DNA of 64,000 bases, from NCBI RefSeq assembly GCF_009914755.1, contig NC_060930.1. The stretch is one strand, 5' to 3'. The position numbers were made by a program, and so were the translations under genes. How positions within the stretch are numbered: position 1 is the first letter of the stretch; every line of letters starts with the position of its first letter. This document shows, piece after piece, positions 18,829 to 33,730 of the stretch. This DNA comes from the human T2T-CHM13v2.0 reference genome, Homo sapiens. The notes under the pieces were generated by a model. That model was not told where the DNA came from. It worked only from the letters and a program-made list of their open reading frames with translations, and made no database searches.

Positions 18829-19789
18829 TGAAGGGGTGGGTTGCCCCTCCACACCTGTGGGTGTTTCTCGTTAGGTGGAACGAGAGACTTGAAAAGAAAA
18901 AGACACAGAGACAAAGTATAGAGAAAGCAACAAGGGGACCCAGGGAACCAGCGTTCAGCATATGGAGGATCCCGCCAGCCTCTGAGTTCCCTTAGTATTT
19001 ATTGATTATTCGTGGGTGTTTCTCCGAGAGGGGGATGTGTCAGGGTCACAAGACAATAGTGGGGAGAGGGTCAGCAGACAAACACGTGAACAAAGGTCTT
19101 TGCATCATAGGGTAAAGAATCATGTGCTGTGCTTTAGATATGCGTACACATAAACATCTCAATGCTTTACAAAGCAGTATTGCTGCCTGCATGTCCCACC
19201 TCCAGCCCTAAGGTGGTTTTTCCCATCTCAGTAGATGGAATGTACAATCAGGTTTTATACCGAGACATTCCATTGCCCGGGGACGGGCAGGAGACAGATG
19301 CCTTCCTCTTGTCTCAACTGCAAGAGGCATGCCTTCCTCTTATACTAATCCTCCTCAGCACAGACCCTTTACGGGTGTCGGGCTGGGGGACGGTCAGGTC
19401 TTTCCCTTCCCACGAGGCCATATTTCAGACTATCACATGGGGAGAAACCTTGGACAATACCTGGCTTTCCTAGGCAGAGGTCCCTGCGGCCTTCCGCAGT
19501 TTTTGTGTCCCTGGGTACTTGAGATTAGGGAGTGGTGATGACTCTTAACGAGCATGCTGCCTTCAAGCATCTGTTTAACAAAGCACGTCTTGCACCGCCC
19601 TTAATCCATTTAACCCTTAGTGGACACAGCACATGTTTCAGAGAGCACGGGGTTGGGGGTAAGGTTCTAGATTAACAGCATCTCAAGGCAGAAGAATTTT
19701 TCTTAGTACAGAACAAAATGGAGTCTCCTATGTCTACTTCTTTCTACACAGACACAGTAACAATCTGATCTCTCTTGCTTTTCCCCACA
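18829..19789 (-). mobile_element. HERV-K(HML-2) solo LTR, LTR5_Hs type, complete (961 bp), inserted in an MLT1-type MaLR relic
   Basis: Minus strand starts TGTGGGGAAAAGCAAGAGAGATCAGATTG and ends ...GGCAACCCACCCCTTCA. Perfect 6-bp TSD TCAGAG at 18823-18828 and 19790-19795. ATGCAAAG octamer at 19098-19105. Confidence 0.95.
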
Positions 19790-21419
19790 TCAGAGCGCTA
19801 AGAAAGGTAACACCCAGGGGTGGCAGAGCAAGAGGTTGGAAAGAGCTTGGGTTCCGACCCCGTGGAGTTACCACGGATGCCTTGGACTATCTATTCCTGC
19901 ATTATTACATGTGAAAGAAATAAACTCTTCTGTTTAAGATGCTTTAAATCTCTGTGATAGCAGCCAAACTCACAAGCCAATGAATTTATCCCAGGGCATG
20001 AAAGAAAGGCTACTTTATATTAACAAGTCAAGGAATTATTCAAAGCATTTAGAAATTCAATAACAAACAAGCTTTGAGTCCTAATAGGGGCAACTTTAAT
20101 TCTTTGGAAATATCTCTGGAAAATTCCTTAATGATGATAATAAAAGGAGGTATACTTTATTTGATGGATACAATAAAGGGAGCATGTAAATTCAATTCAG
20201 TTCCACAAATGTTTATGGAATGGCTATTATGCGCCAGGCAAGGCTGATAGAGCCCTTGCCCTCAGAAAGCTCTCAGTCACTGGGGTGTGGGGGACACCGA
20301 CAGATGAGCATGCAGATGATCAGGGATGGTGGAGCACAGAATCCAGCCCCAGCTTAGGGCATCAGGGAAGGCTCTTTGGAGAGATGGCCAAACAGAGTCC
20401 TAAGGCCGAAGACAAGTTGAGTTTTCCTTAAAGAAAGGAGTACGTGTGTTTTATGGAAGTTGGAATTGAAAAGCCCATCCAGATCCAGAGGCTTCTCTCT
20501 TCCTAGAGACACGTGACCCATGAAACTAACTAACATCTTGAGTTACCCCGTTTCCTTCTTGTTCCAAGCTCCTTGCACCCATGGGACAGGTTCTGGCGAA
20601 CTTTTGGGTGGCCAATGTGCTCTCTTGCACTGTAGGTGCAATGTCTGTAGGTAAGCAGACATTACCTAGGATATATCATCCAGGATTATGAAGGGTCCTT
20701 AGCTGATAGCGTCTCTTCCTTCATCTTTAAGCAGCGATAAAAGCTGAAGGAGCAGCCAGGGGCCTTGGGGAGTTAAAACAGTGCTCACGGAAGCAGGAGC
20801 TCACTCACTGTCATTCTCAATAACAGGCAGATAGAGGACAGACAAATTATTTAACTCTGGTTGTCAGGTCTGAAGACAATGATGTTACCCTTGCCCAAGC
20901 AGGGGGCTGTGGGGAATGATCAATTGAAGGTATTAGATGGCACTTGCCAGACGGTGAAAGAAAGTCAGTAATTAATTACCTTGGAGCAGTCTCACAGAAA
21001 TATTGATGTCTGAAAGATATATGACATGCTCTTTTCCTTAGAGCGTATTCACTCAGAAAGAGAGTCCGGATTCTGGTAGTTGGGGTAAAAGATGGTAGAA
21101 TGCAGAGGAGAAGCAAGGAAAGATAAAGGTAGACTAGGGTCAGTCATGAGAATTTTCTTTCCCTGAAATGTGGTTTGAGGCTGGCATCCTTGGTGTCTCA
21201 CCCCAAACTTTTTCCTTACCTCTCTAGTCTCCAGAGTTCAGACCTGGGTCTGATTCTGACTCAGCCGTAAGTCAAAGCCAAAATCCAGAAGTATATGGTC
21301 ATGGACTTTTAGGAAAATTGCCTAAAATTATATTTTAAGGAAAATTGCATTATTTTACATAAAGAGTGTGTGTGTGTATACACACATATGTATGTATATT
21401 ATGCATATACCCATATATG

Positions 21420-22047
<628 letters not shown>

Positions 22048-22529
22048 TATGTACATGCATATATACATATATACAGATGCTTTTCACTTGGCTTTCAACA
22101 AAGATGTATTTATCACATTTGCTTTTCATGCAAAATGTTGTGACCAAGTGAAAAAAGATAATAAAATAGAACAAATAAAATACTGAAAGAAAAAGCTCTT
22201 GAATTTTGCTGAAATGAAAATTTAATGATAAATGAGAAGGCCTCTATTTAACATAAATGTAACCCTGAATGTGTTAACATTGTCCTCTTTGACATAATAG
22301 ATAAATATATTGAGCTGTAATTACTATACATACCATACTAAGTGCTTGAATTTTAATCTAATCTCTGCCTACAAAAAAAAAAGAGAGTATAAAATTGCTT
22401 CCTGGTGTTCTTAGAAGAGAGAATTAAATTCATAACGCAACCTTCTGAGCACTGTGCCCTGCGTCCTGCTTCCCCTTCCTTTATTCTCCATGCCCTTACA
22501 CTATTTCATTTTCTTCATAGCACTTCTTT

Positions 22530-22836
22530 CTTTTCTTTCTTTTTTTTTTTTTTGAGACAGATTCTCACTCTGTCACCCAGGCTGGAGTGCAGTGGCGTGA
22601 TCTTGGCTCACTGTAGCCTCCGCCTCCTGGGTTCAAGTGATTCTTGTACCTCAGCCTCCCGAGCAGCTGGGATTACAGGCGCCTGCCACCACGCCTGGCT
22701 AATTTTTGTATTTTTAGTAGAGATGGGATTTTGCCATGTTGGCCAGCCTGGTCTTGAACTCCAGGACTCAAGTGATCCGCCTGCCTCGGCCTCGCAAAGT
22801 GTTGGGATTACAGGCATGAGCCACTGTGCCCGGCCT
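22530..22836 (-). mobile_element. AluS
   Basis: Antisense Alu dimer; TSD-like tcatagcactt on both sides. Confidence 0.93.
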
Positions 22837-24419
22837 CATAGCACTTATTTCTAGCTCTCATTTTTATATTTATTTCTCTACCATATTAAAACTTGTCATT
22901 GAAGTATAACATATGTGCAGAAAAATGCACAGGTGAATTGCTGGATGCATTTTCTGGGGGTCATGGACTTTCAAAAATGTTATTTATGTAGTTGTAAAAT
23001 ATACATAACACAGTATTTGCCATTTTAACGATTTTTTGTTGTTGTTGTTTTTGTCTTTGAGACAGTCTTGCTCTGTCGCCCAGGCTGGAGTGCAGTGGCG
23101 CGATCTCGGCTCACTGCAACCTCCGCCTCCTGGGTTCAAGCATTTCTCCCTGCCGAAGCCTCCTGAGTAGCTGGGATTACAGGCATGAGCCACCACTCCT
23201 GGCCCCATTTTAACAATTTTAAGTGTACAATTCAGTGGCATTGAGTACACTCACACTGTTGTGTAGTCATCACTGCTATCCATCTCCAGAACTTTTTCAT
23301 CACCTCGACTGAAGCTCTGTACTCATTAAACATGAAGTCCCCATTCCCCTCCCCACGGCCCCTGGCACCCACCATTCTACTTTCTGCCTCCATCAATCTG
23401 ACTATTCCAGATACGTTATATGTGGTCATGAGTCACTAGCTGTGACCCTGAGCACCTGACATCATGTGCCTCCTGTTTCTCTTTATTTGGCCTAAGTGTA
23501 TTAGTGTTAAGCCATGTGATGACGGTCCCCAGCCAGCTACGCTGCCTTGAAGACTGTGCACAGGGATTTTTCTCTCATTTCCTGTCATTACTGTGAGAAA
23601 CTGTGATGCAGCTAATGTTTCCATGTCAGACCGCAGTCTCCAGTGTGAGCAGGAGGAGCTGCCAGCTTCACAGTTAACTCCTCTTGCCCGTCACAGTAAT
23701 AAGTGGATTCCTTCCACTTAAGTGGATTCGGTTAAGAGCCCAGTGGTGCTGTGAACACCATCTCTCAGAACAAATGGAAGCTATGTTTGAAGGATGCTGC
23801 TTCTACTAGTGATGATTTCTGAATTTTTCCTCTTCATCTCCTCTGAAAGATTTCTTCCTAAATAGGTAGGTTTTGTATTCAAAACAGCCTCTGTTTGGAA
23901 AAAAAAAAAGTGTTAATTATGCAGTTCTGCTTCTTTCCTGCCATTACCTCTTCTCCTAAATCTGTTTTAGCTGAATAATCTCCTGAATCCTGTTTAGCTG
24001 AATAAGGAACATCTGGGGCTTTTAAAGGCCTTTTTCATGTGAGAGAAAGGCACATCTGTTTTAGAGTATTTCTGGAAAATGAAAGAGCAGAATGGAAATT
24101 TGACAAGATTGAAGTGTGCTGGGAGAACATGTCCACTTCTCACTCCAGAACCTGGAAATCACGATGACATTTGGTTTGGAGGAAATGGCCAGTCCTGCAG
24201 CTGGGCCTGTCTCCCTCCAAAGCCCACAACGAACCAGCGAGCAGTCCAGTCGTCATAAATGTGGACCACAAGTTCCTCTCTGGAGCTGCAGAAGACTGAA
24301 GAGGAAGGCGTTTTCCCTCCATTTGCAAAGTAACAAGAACCAAGGGCTTCCTGACCTCATGGGTGTCTTGGAGGAACGTTGAGGATGGATGAAATTCACA
24401 GGACTCAATAATCGTCCTC

Positions 24420-24900
24420 CACTCATCACAGCCTCCCTGTGTTAGAACAATACAGCCACTCTCTGCGCCACGTGACTTTGCATTATCTCCCACGTGTGCA
24501 GATGGAGTCTATGTGTTCACCTCACTGATTTTGAGTTTTCCCATGTGACCTGCTTTGGCCAACAGAATATGAGCAAAAGTGGCAGTGCAGCAATTCAGAC
24601 ACAGGCCTCAAGAGACATGATGTGTTTTCACCCACCCATCGTGTGCTATGCCATTTGACATGAGAAGAACAGGCCTTAGGGAGCTGCTGCTGATCCCTAG
24701 GGAATGAGATAAATCCCAGGGAGCGAACCTGGATCTGAGCTGCAGTCTGAAGCCAGGCTTAGCTGACCAGGTCTAGCCTGAAGCAGATTGATGCTAGCTG
24801 ACCTCCAGACTCGTGAGTGAGCAAAATAGGTGTTCGTTGTTGTAGGACACTGAGTTTGAGGTAGTTTGTTACACAACATTATTTTTGCAATAGCTGAGTA
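24420..24900 (+). mobile_element. MLT1-type MaLR LTR relic
   Basis: ccatgtgacctgctttggccaacagaatatgagcaaaagtg...tgagtttgaggtagtttgttacacaaca...gcaatagctgagtaataca. Confidence 0.8.
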
Positions 24901-25796
24901 ATACAAAGGCCAAAATACAGAAGCCAAGAGTAAAAGGGCAAGTGAAGTAGGTGGCTGATGTGTGAGTCGATACGGAAGTGATGGTGGGATCTGAGCAGAC
25001 AGCATGTGGGGAAGGGCCTGCAGGAACAAGGTGGAGAGGATGGAGGAAAGGAATACTGCACTGCAGCCCAACAGAGCCTGGATGGAGTGGCAGCCCCCCT
25101 CCCCACACACCCCTCCTCTGTGCCTCTGCAGAGTACTGGGCCTTTCTGGTATCTTTGTTCAGTGTTGCCAATATCCAGGAGGCTTCCAGAGAGTAGAAGT
25201 TTGACTCCTAACAGGGTCAGGATTTCCAGTTATGGGGTCAACCTGGGCTTATAGTCATGCTATGTCAATGGAACAATAATGGAAAGGTGGGGCATGTGAG
25301 ATCTAAGGAGAACGCTGCTGAATGGGTATTGGCATCACTAGCTGGGAGCTCCCTAACTCTACACAGTCATTAGTACAGGGAACCAGCCCTCCGAAGCAGA
25401 ACTTCCAGGCCATGTTGGTGTGAGCAGGGCTCTGAAACGTCCTGTGACCTTGAGGAAGCTACTTAATCTCTCCAAACGCAGGCTAGGGGGTAATGGGGAT
25501 AATAACAGTACCTATCCCCACAGGACTGTTACAAAGAGTTAATGCGGGGAGCCTCTGACACAATGCCTGGCACAGAGTGAAGCCCACCATTAATTAGCAT
25601 CAATAGCCATGTCACCATTTCTTTTCTTTTTTCTTTTTTTGAGTTGGGGTCTTGCTATGTTGCCCAAGCTGGCCTTGAACTCTTGGGCTCAAGTGATCTT
25701 CCTGCCTTAGCCTCCTGAGTAGCTGGGCCTACAGGTATGTGCTACCATGCACAACTTATGCTGCCATTTTGTAATGAGACTGATATCTGGCGTTCA

Positions 25797-26412
<616 letters not shown>

Positions 26413-29400
26413 AGATCTCTCCTTGGCAATACCCTGAGCAGAAATCTGACTTCCACCATTTGTTCCTCAGCCCACATCAGCCAACCCGCTGGCTTTTGTT
26501 TTCTTTCCCCTTTCTCTGTTTCTCGGGAAATCTGTCTATTCTTATGCTTGTAGGGGGAAAGAAAAGTGGAGGTGGACCTGAAAGAGCAGATGGCAGAGCT
26601 CAGCAGGATGCTACCTCTTGCCACCAGCTTGGGCTGTGGAAATGCTATTTTATAGTTGGCAATTCCACCATGAGCTAGGTGACCCCTCTGCTGCACCTGT
26701 GGTTTGTGAAATGGATCATATGACCTTCAACAAAACTACAGCTGGGGCTTTTTAAACCAGGAAGATCCTGTCATGCTAACTTGCATTTCTTTTCCTAACC
26801 TACCATAGAATCTTGCCCTAGTTCTGCCTTGCACTCTTTTTTTTAGGGGAGAATTTCCAAGGCCAATGAGCTCCCTACCTAGCCATTTTTGCATTTTTCT
26901 TAGAGTTTGTGTGGAGAAGCCCGTCTCTCTCAGGAGGCAGTCTTCCCCATTGTCTTCTAAAAGCTGGCCCTTCTGGAGGGTTTCAGTCTGTCCCTGGTCC
27001 TGGTTCAAATCTGAGTGAAGATGCAGGAGGATGTAGCCACCCTCCTCTCAGAGTTCATGATGAGCACGGTAAGGAGATGATCTCACTTCTTCCCCAAGAA
27101 CCTTTAGCTCTTTAACAACTTGCAAGAATGAAATTTCTTCTATTGGTTTCTCTCCTCCACTCTTCCCCAAGAGAACAAGCCAAATACTGTACAGGTCCTC
27201 TTGCATCAGAGTTGAGTGTTTGTACTTCTTTATTATATAAATCAGTCATAGAAGGAATTGCTCTTCATAACAAAAGCACACAGTTATTGACTTCCTACCA
27301 TGTGCCTGTCATTCTAAGTGACATGTATTTATTCATGAATCCTCTCAACCTTATGAGGGAAGTACTATTATGATCTCCGTTTACAGATGAGGAAACTGAG
27401 GCTCACAGGGGCTGAATAGCTTACCTAGAGTGGACAGCTGGTAAGCAGGAGTGGCAAGATTTGCGCTCGGGAAGTTTGATTCTGAAGACTGCGCTTGTTC
27501 TTATAACGTCATAATGCTTATTTTCACAGTATTGGCTGGGTTGAAGACCACAATAACATTTATTTGCTTATTTTTTCTGCAAAAGTAACAAATATTCAGC
27601 AATGTTCAGAGATTTGGCAGCCTCTTAATAGGCTCCAGTAATAGTCTGGCCTTCTGTGGATGAATGTTCGTTCTCTTTAGAATATGGATTATTTAATGCC
27701 TCTTCGTCTCCAACTTGGAGCCCCAGGTACCAATTTCAGGCACCAGAAAAAGTTCATTCAACTTCCTGTTGGTAGGCCAACATCTCCCACTCTCAGCCTA
27801 GCTGAAACCAGCTTAACCATTTCTTTTGCTAACCCTCTTTCCTCTCCAGTTCACACAGAGACCCATGTAAAATTAGATCTATTTTTCCAAGACTTGGTGT
27901 CCTCAGGCCGTAAGTCTTGGGGTTGTCTTTGCCTCCTCTGTTTGGTTGGCTTCTCATATCCATTAAGTGCCTTCTGCCTGGCCCTCTTCCTCAGACAGCA
28001 GCCTTCCCACCTCATCAGACTAATCTCCCTAGAGCTCTAGGGTTCTACTAAGAAAGAAATGGCACCCTCCAGCTGAGTAACTGCAGGGTATAATAAAGGC
28101 ACTATTTACAGAGGTGAAGGTGGGGTTTAGGAAAAGCAGCAGGGAATGGGGCAATGCCTCAGGGCTGTAACAGCTGGGAGTCACTTCTATTCCTAGGCCT
28201 GCAAGGTCCAGGGAAGGAAGCAGTCAGTAGTCCCCAAAGAGAGCTGTGTGGAGCCCACCCCTGACAGGGGCCGTGGCCCTAAGGGGAGGGGCATAGACAA
28301 CTGAGGCCAACAGGACAGGAGCTAGGGGTTGAGGGGTAAATACCCTGACTTCACTTCCCTCCCTGCCTTCCTCTATGGGATTTGGGGGTGCCTCTATGGG
28401 ATTTGGGGGGTGCAGTCCACATAGGCCAACCTCCCAGGCAGGCACAAAACAAGGTGGAGACAGTGGGAGTGGACCTGGGAGGGATACAAGGATGGGCAGC
28501 ATATGCCATTTTTGCCTCATCATTCCTCTGATGAGAGATCTGCAGTGACTTCCTAGTCCATATTGGGTTAAACCTCATATTGAAGGAATTCCACTTCAAC
28601 CTCACGTAATTCAGCCTTTTCCTTTCCTGTTCTGTAGAGTATAGGCATTCCACTCACAGAAGCTGCTGTCCTTACTCTGCATGTCTGTTTTATATATTAC
28701 ATAGGTTACACACATTTTAAAATCTTAGTCATTGATTTATGTTACTCAGAAATCCAAGTCCAAAGGGACTTTTGTGTTTCTGGGACAAGCGTCCTCCCAG
28801 GCCTCTCCCAGGCGGTCTGGCAGCCTAGGATGTAGCCCTGACAGCCTGGCCAGTACTGAGATGACAAACGGACCTGCTCATTGCTGAGGGCACATATAAG
28901 AAGGCTCTGGCACAGTGGTGAAAGCTTAGGCTCCGAATCTAAAGAGACTGGATTTAAACTCCAGCTTTGCCAGTTACGGTGGTGGGATGAGTTACTTCTG
29001 CCTTCTGAGTCTGTCTTTCCTCATTTGTAAACAGAGGATGATTCTACTAGCACTTCACTGTGGTTGGGATTAAATGAGATAAACAAATGTAAAGAGATGG
29101 GCAAAGCTATCAGGGGAACTCAGTCAGGGAAAGGACTGTGTTTTACTCACCTTTAAATTCCTGTACCTAGCACAGTGCCTGGAACATAGCAGGTGTCTGG
29201 TCATTGTTTCCTGGCCTGAACTGATGGGGAGGCCCTCTGGCTATTTGGGAGCTGGCCATGTTAGTCAGTTCTGAGGTAGCAAATGCTCTCTCTCCCCTAT
29301 CTTTGCCAGGCTTCTTCTGCCTACCATTGAAGGGTTCTGACGGTGGCCGTGTGTCAGTAATCCACTCAACACCTATTTCCCCAGTGCTGTCTTTATACAA

Positions 29401-31356
29401 GGCTCTGTGATGCCCCTTACTTGAAGTCAACTGTAGACAATCTATGAGCGCATCCCGTTTTCCATACCTGGGTTTATACTGCCCTCTGGTGCACACTTAT
29501 GGGACACGCGCGTTAAATGAGGGCTTCTGCTGGGTGACCTTTCCTTGACATTGGGGAAGAGAGGCTCCCCTATAGGGACAGCCTGCAGTGCTCTTTCGAG
29601 GAGAAGTGGTGTTTAAGACGCCCTCCTCACCCAGTTTAGCTTGTAGCTCTTGAGGCTTACCAAACTCGAGGCTTTTTTTTTTTTTTTACCAATGTCTCTG
29701 ACCCTAGGCAATTAAATAATACCATCCTTCTAGGCTCAAGTTTCTTTCTCCAGCAGGCACTTTTTGTCCTGCCAAGACTCAAGAGGAATGGGGTAGAGTT
29801 TATTTGAGTTTATCTTTCTCCCTCTGCTGTCTGGTTTCCTCTAATCTCTGGGCTCTTGATTCTTATGGCTGCCCCAGCTGCTCTCAAGGGTCTGGGGTTG
29901 GGGGAGCCAGGGGAGAACCAGAACCAACGGTTCCTATCCAGTGCCTGGCCCCCTGCTTCCACCCCCGCCTCACTGTCTATCATTCCTTCCCAGAGACAAG
30001 CTCCCAGCTACTGAAAGCGAAGTGGGGTCCTTCAGGGAGAAGGAGCAAAGGGGAAGGGAGGGGGTTAAAGTTCAGCCCACCCTCCTCTGGCCTCACCATG
30101 AAACCTGCTAGAAGTATTTGTCCTTCATGATTAAGTTGAATAACATAAATTTGCTGATATGCAACTATGTTTCACCTACATAACCAGAAATTTTATATAG
30201 TTCAGTGGAAAACTTCACACGTAAACCCTGTGCGTGTTTGTGTTGGCCTGGAGCCCCAGGTTTCCTGAGCTCATTCAGACCCAGGAGAGCCAGGCTTGTG
30301 GAACATCAGGATCCCGGACTGTAAAGCTGAAAGGAGGGCCCTAAAGCTGGAGAAACAGTTGAGTTGACCTTAAGGACCTGGGACCACCGCCCCTCCCTGC
30401 ATCAGGCCTCCATGTTCCTGCACAGGTGCTGCGGTAACCTCCAGGCTGGGCTTGGTTTGGGGTGCTCAGACAGGGGACGGCAAGGGAACACTGAGGAAGG
30501 CCTTCTTCTTGCCCAACTGTGCTCACCCTCCCGGCTATACAGGCAAGATTTTCTGGGACCTTCAGGAACCTCAGTCTTCTGGGGACATCTAGCATCCTCC
30601 CCTCGCCTCTGCTGCTGAACTCTGGTTGTGGGGCTGCTGTGCACAGGAAGCTTCAGGTGCCAATCCTGGGAAAACACTGGCTGTGCGTTGGGGCCAAGCT
30701 GATCAGAGGCAGCTCCACGGCCTTGAGAACACTTTAGCTGGCTCCAGTGCCTCGCCAAACCTTGGGCACAGCTGCCAGGGCAGGCCTGGTGCGACAGGCA
30801 TCTAAAACTTGCCCAAGGAGTGAGGGCAAGGTGGCCTGGGAGGTTTTAAGCTGCAGAGTAAGGGAAGGCTTGTGAGTCACAGTTCACAGGACTCACTAAG
30901 GATGAGAAAGTTTCCCTTCTGTGATTCACTCGCCTGCCTTGCAAAATCACCTGACCAACAGATAGATCTTGATGTCTTGGAACCTGGTGGTTCAGGTTAG
31001 AAACCTGGACTCTTTCCTCCTAGGAGGATGCAAGCAAGAGAGGGAGGGGCTCAGCTCAGACCATTGTAATCATCCATCCACCCACCCACCCACTCACTCA
31101 TTTATTCATTCATTAAATAAATGGTTATTGAGCATTTATATGTGCCAGGCACTGTGCTAGTTGCTTGGCATACAGCAGTGGACAAAATAGACAAAAATCT
31201 CTGCCTTCCTGGTGAGGCAGCCTCTTGAGTCAAGCCATTAATAACTAACTATGCTGTTGCCCAGCTAACATTTCTATTAAATAACTGTTACCTCTCCTAC
31301 CGTGGGATAAAGAGATAACATGTTTTTTTAACTTCAATAAGGGGAAATGCTCAGGA

Positions 31357-31865
<509 letters not shown>

Positions 31866-32033
31866 TAGTAGAGACGGGTTTCATCATGACGGCCAGGCTG
31901 GTCTTGAACTCCTGATCTCAAGTGATCCACCCACCTCGGCCTCCCAAAGTGCTGGGATTATGGGATTATGGGCGTGAGCCACAGCCCCAGCCATCAACTA
32001 TAATCTTAAATTTTAAAAGCCCAATACAAGAGA

Positions 32034-32045
32034 TATCTATATCTA

Positions 32046-32092
<47 letters not shown>
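32034..32092. repeat. (TCTA)n tetranucleotide STR
   Basis: Direct reading. Confidence 0.95.
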
Positions 32093-32249
32093 AATATGTT
32101 AACATATTTGTGCACAGAAAAAGGGTAGAGAGGAAGGAGCCCCTAAATATCAGCAGGGGTGTAAATCACTAGGGGTATATGACATACATGTGCATAGAAA
32201 AAGGACAAGGAATAACCCCTAAATATCAGTAGGGGAGATTGTATTTTCT

Positions 32250-32670
32250 AGGAGGGCCACAAGATCCCCTGTCCCCTGTGCTCTTCATACAGTATGACCA
32301 TGATGGAGAGGTGTGATCTAAGTTCCCTCTCCATGCATTTGTGACTATGGAGGCAATACAACTTCTGCCTGGTCCTCCTGGGATGCTTACGTTGGAAACT
32401 CAGACACTGGTGTGAGAAAGCACATGGAAACGCCACACATGGGTGAACTGGCGCTAACCCTGCTGACCTCAACTGACAACCAGCATCAATCACCAGACAC
32501 ATGAGTGAGGAAGCTCCTCTGTGACCTCTGACTGAGACCCTGTGAGAGACCCCAAGCATGAACAGCCTAGCTTAGCCTAGCCAACGACCAGGATCAGAAA
32601 TTAAAAATGAATGTTGTTGTTTAAAACAACAGACTTTGAGGGTGATTTGTTATATAGCAATAGCTATCCA
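32250..32670 (+). mobile_element. MLT1-type MaLR LTR relic
   Basis: ccagcatcaatcaccagacacatgagtgaggaagc...tttgagggtgatttgttatatagcaatag. Confidence 0.75.
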
Positions 32671-33249
32671 GGAAAAAAGTATTTAACTTCTGTATGGTGA
32701 GATCATGGATATTAATAATACTTTTCCATATTTTCCAATATTTCTATAATGACCATTTATTTCTCTTATAATCAGTAACAAAAGAAGGGAAAACTTGGTC
32801 TAAACACGAATTTAGGGACTTAAACTAGACTTGGAGAAAAGCTTTCTATGCAAGATTTATTAGATACTGGAAAGGATGAGGAAGACAAATTTAAGTCAAT
32901 ATGATGGAAAGAGTGGTGGATTTGGAATGAGGAAACTTAGAAATGAATCTGTTTTCTGGGTGACCTTGCGCAAGCCTTTGCTAAAATTTGGTTTTCTATT
33001 TTGAAAAACGCAGCTGGCTGTTTAAGGAAGATAATATCCACCAGGGCGCCTGGCCCAGAAAAGGCGCTCTGTAAGTGGTAGGTGGATCCTGTCTAATCAA
33101 CGCCAATTATAACCAGGCATCTGCAAGCTTTGTGGAGGGCGCATCTTTCACTGCTACCAGAGCCTACAGTTCTAATAATGAAAATTGCCTGGAAAAGAAC
33201 CACAACTCTTAAAAAAAAAAAAAAAAGTCCAAAATCACAAAGTGGCTTT

Positions 33250-33730
33250 TGCAGCGGTCCTTGCCTGTGACGCCGGGCCATGGCTGGAGCTCCTTGCTCC
33301 GTACCTCTCAGGAGCCTCCATCCTGTACCAATGGCCAGAGAGCCGGGGGGTGACAGACAGGGGGGCCGGCAGCCGAGCCAGGCAGGACGCTGCGCGCCGC
33401 GTTACTGGAGCCGGTGTCCCGGCAACCCCGGAACGCGCCTCTGTGGGAGAAGCAGGCGGCTGCGGTGTCCCTTTTGCCCTAGGCTCTCGGTTCTCAGGCC
33501 TCGGCGTGCGGCGTGCGTTCGGCAGTTCAGTTGCCAGTTGGTTCGTTGGTCCGTGGAGGCCTCTGAGCACAGACCCGGGCCTCCCCTGGGGAAGGGGGTG
33601 GGAAGACCCCGAGGTGGAAAAGAAGGAGCACCTTGAGCTGGATGGGGGCTGCAGCGAGCCTGGTTCGGGCTGGGGGCGGACTCGCTGGGGCTCCCAGGGC
33701 TTCCAAACCACGAAACGCCCAGGTGGAGGG
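33250..33730 (+). promoter_or_regulatory. SPATS1: SPATS1 CpG island / promoter
   Basis: CpG-dense island 150-600 bp upstream of the first coding exon. X-box-like, MYB-like and CRE half-site motifs are present. Confidence 0.85.
33430..33548 (+). other. SPATS1: Probable SPATS1 non-coding exon 1 (start approximate)
   Basis: The start ATG lies directly after an acceptor AG, implying an upstream UTR exon. Best candidate donor in the island is TTG|GTCCGT (33548/33549); an alternative is TTG|GTTCGT (33540/33541). Confidence 0.5.

Noticed and set aside
33036-33055. CTCF-like CCACCAGGGCGCC upstream of SPATS1
   Set aside because: Mismatches at core positions; cannot be supported without ChIP data.
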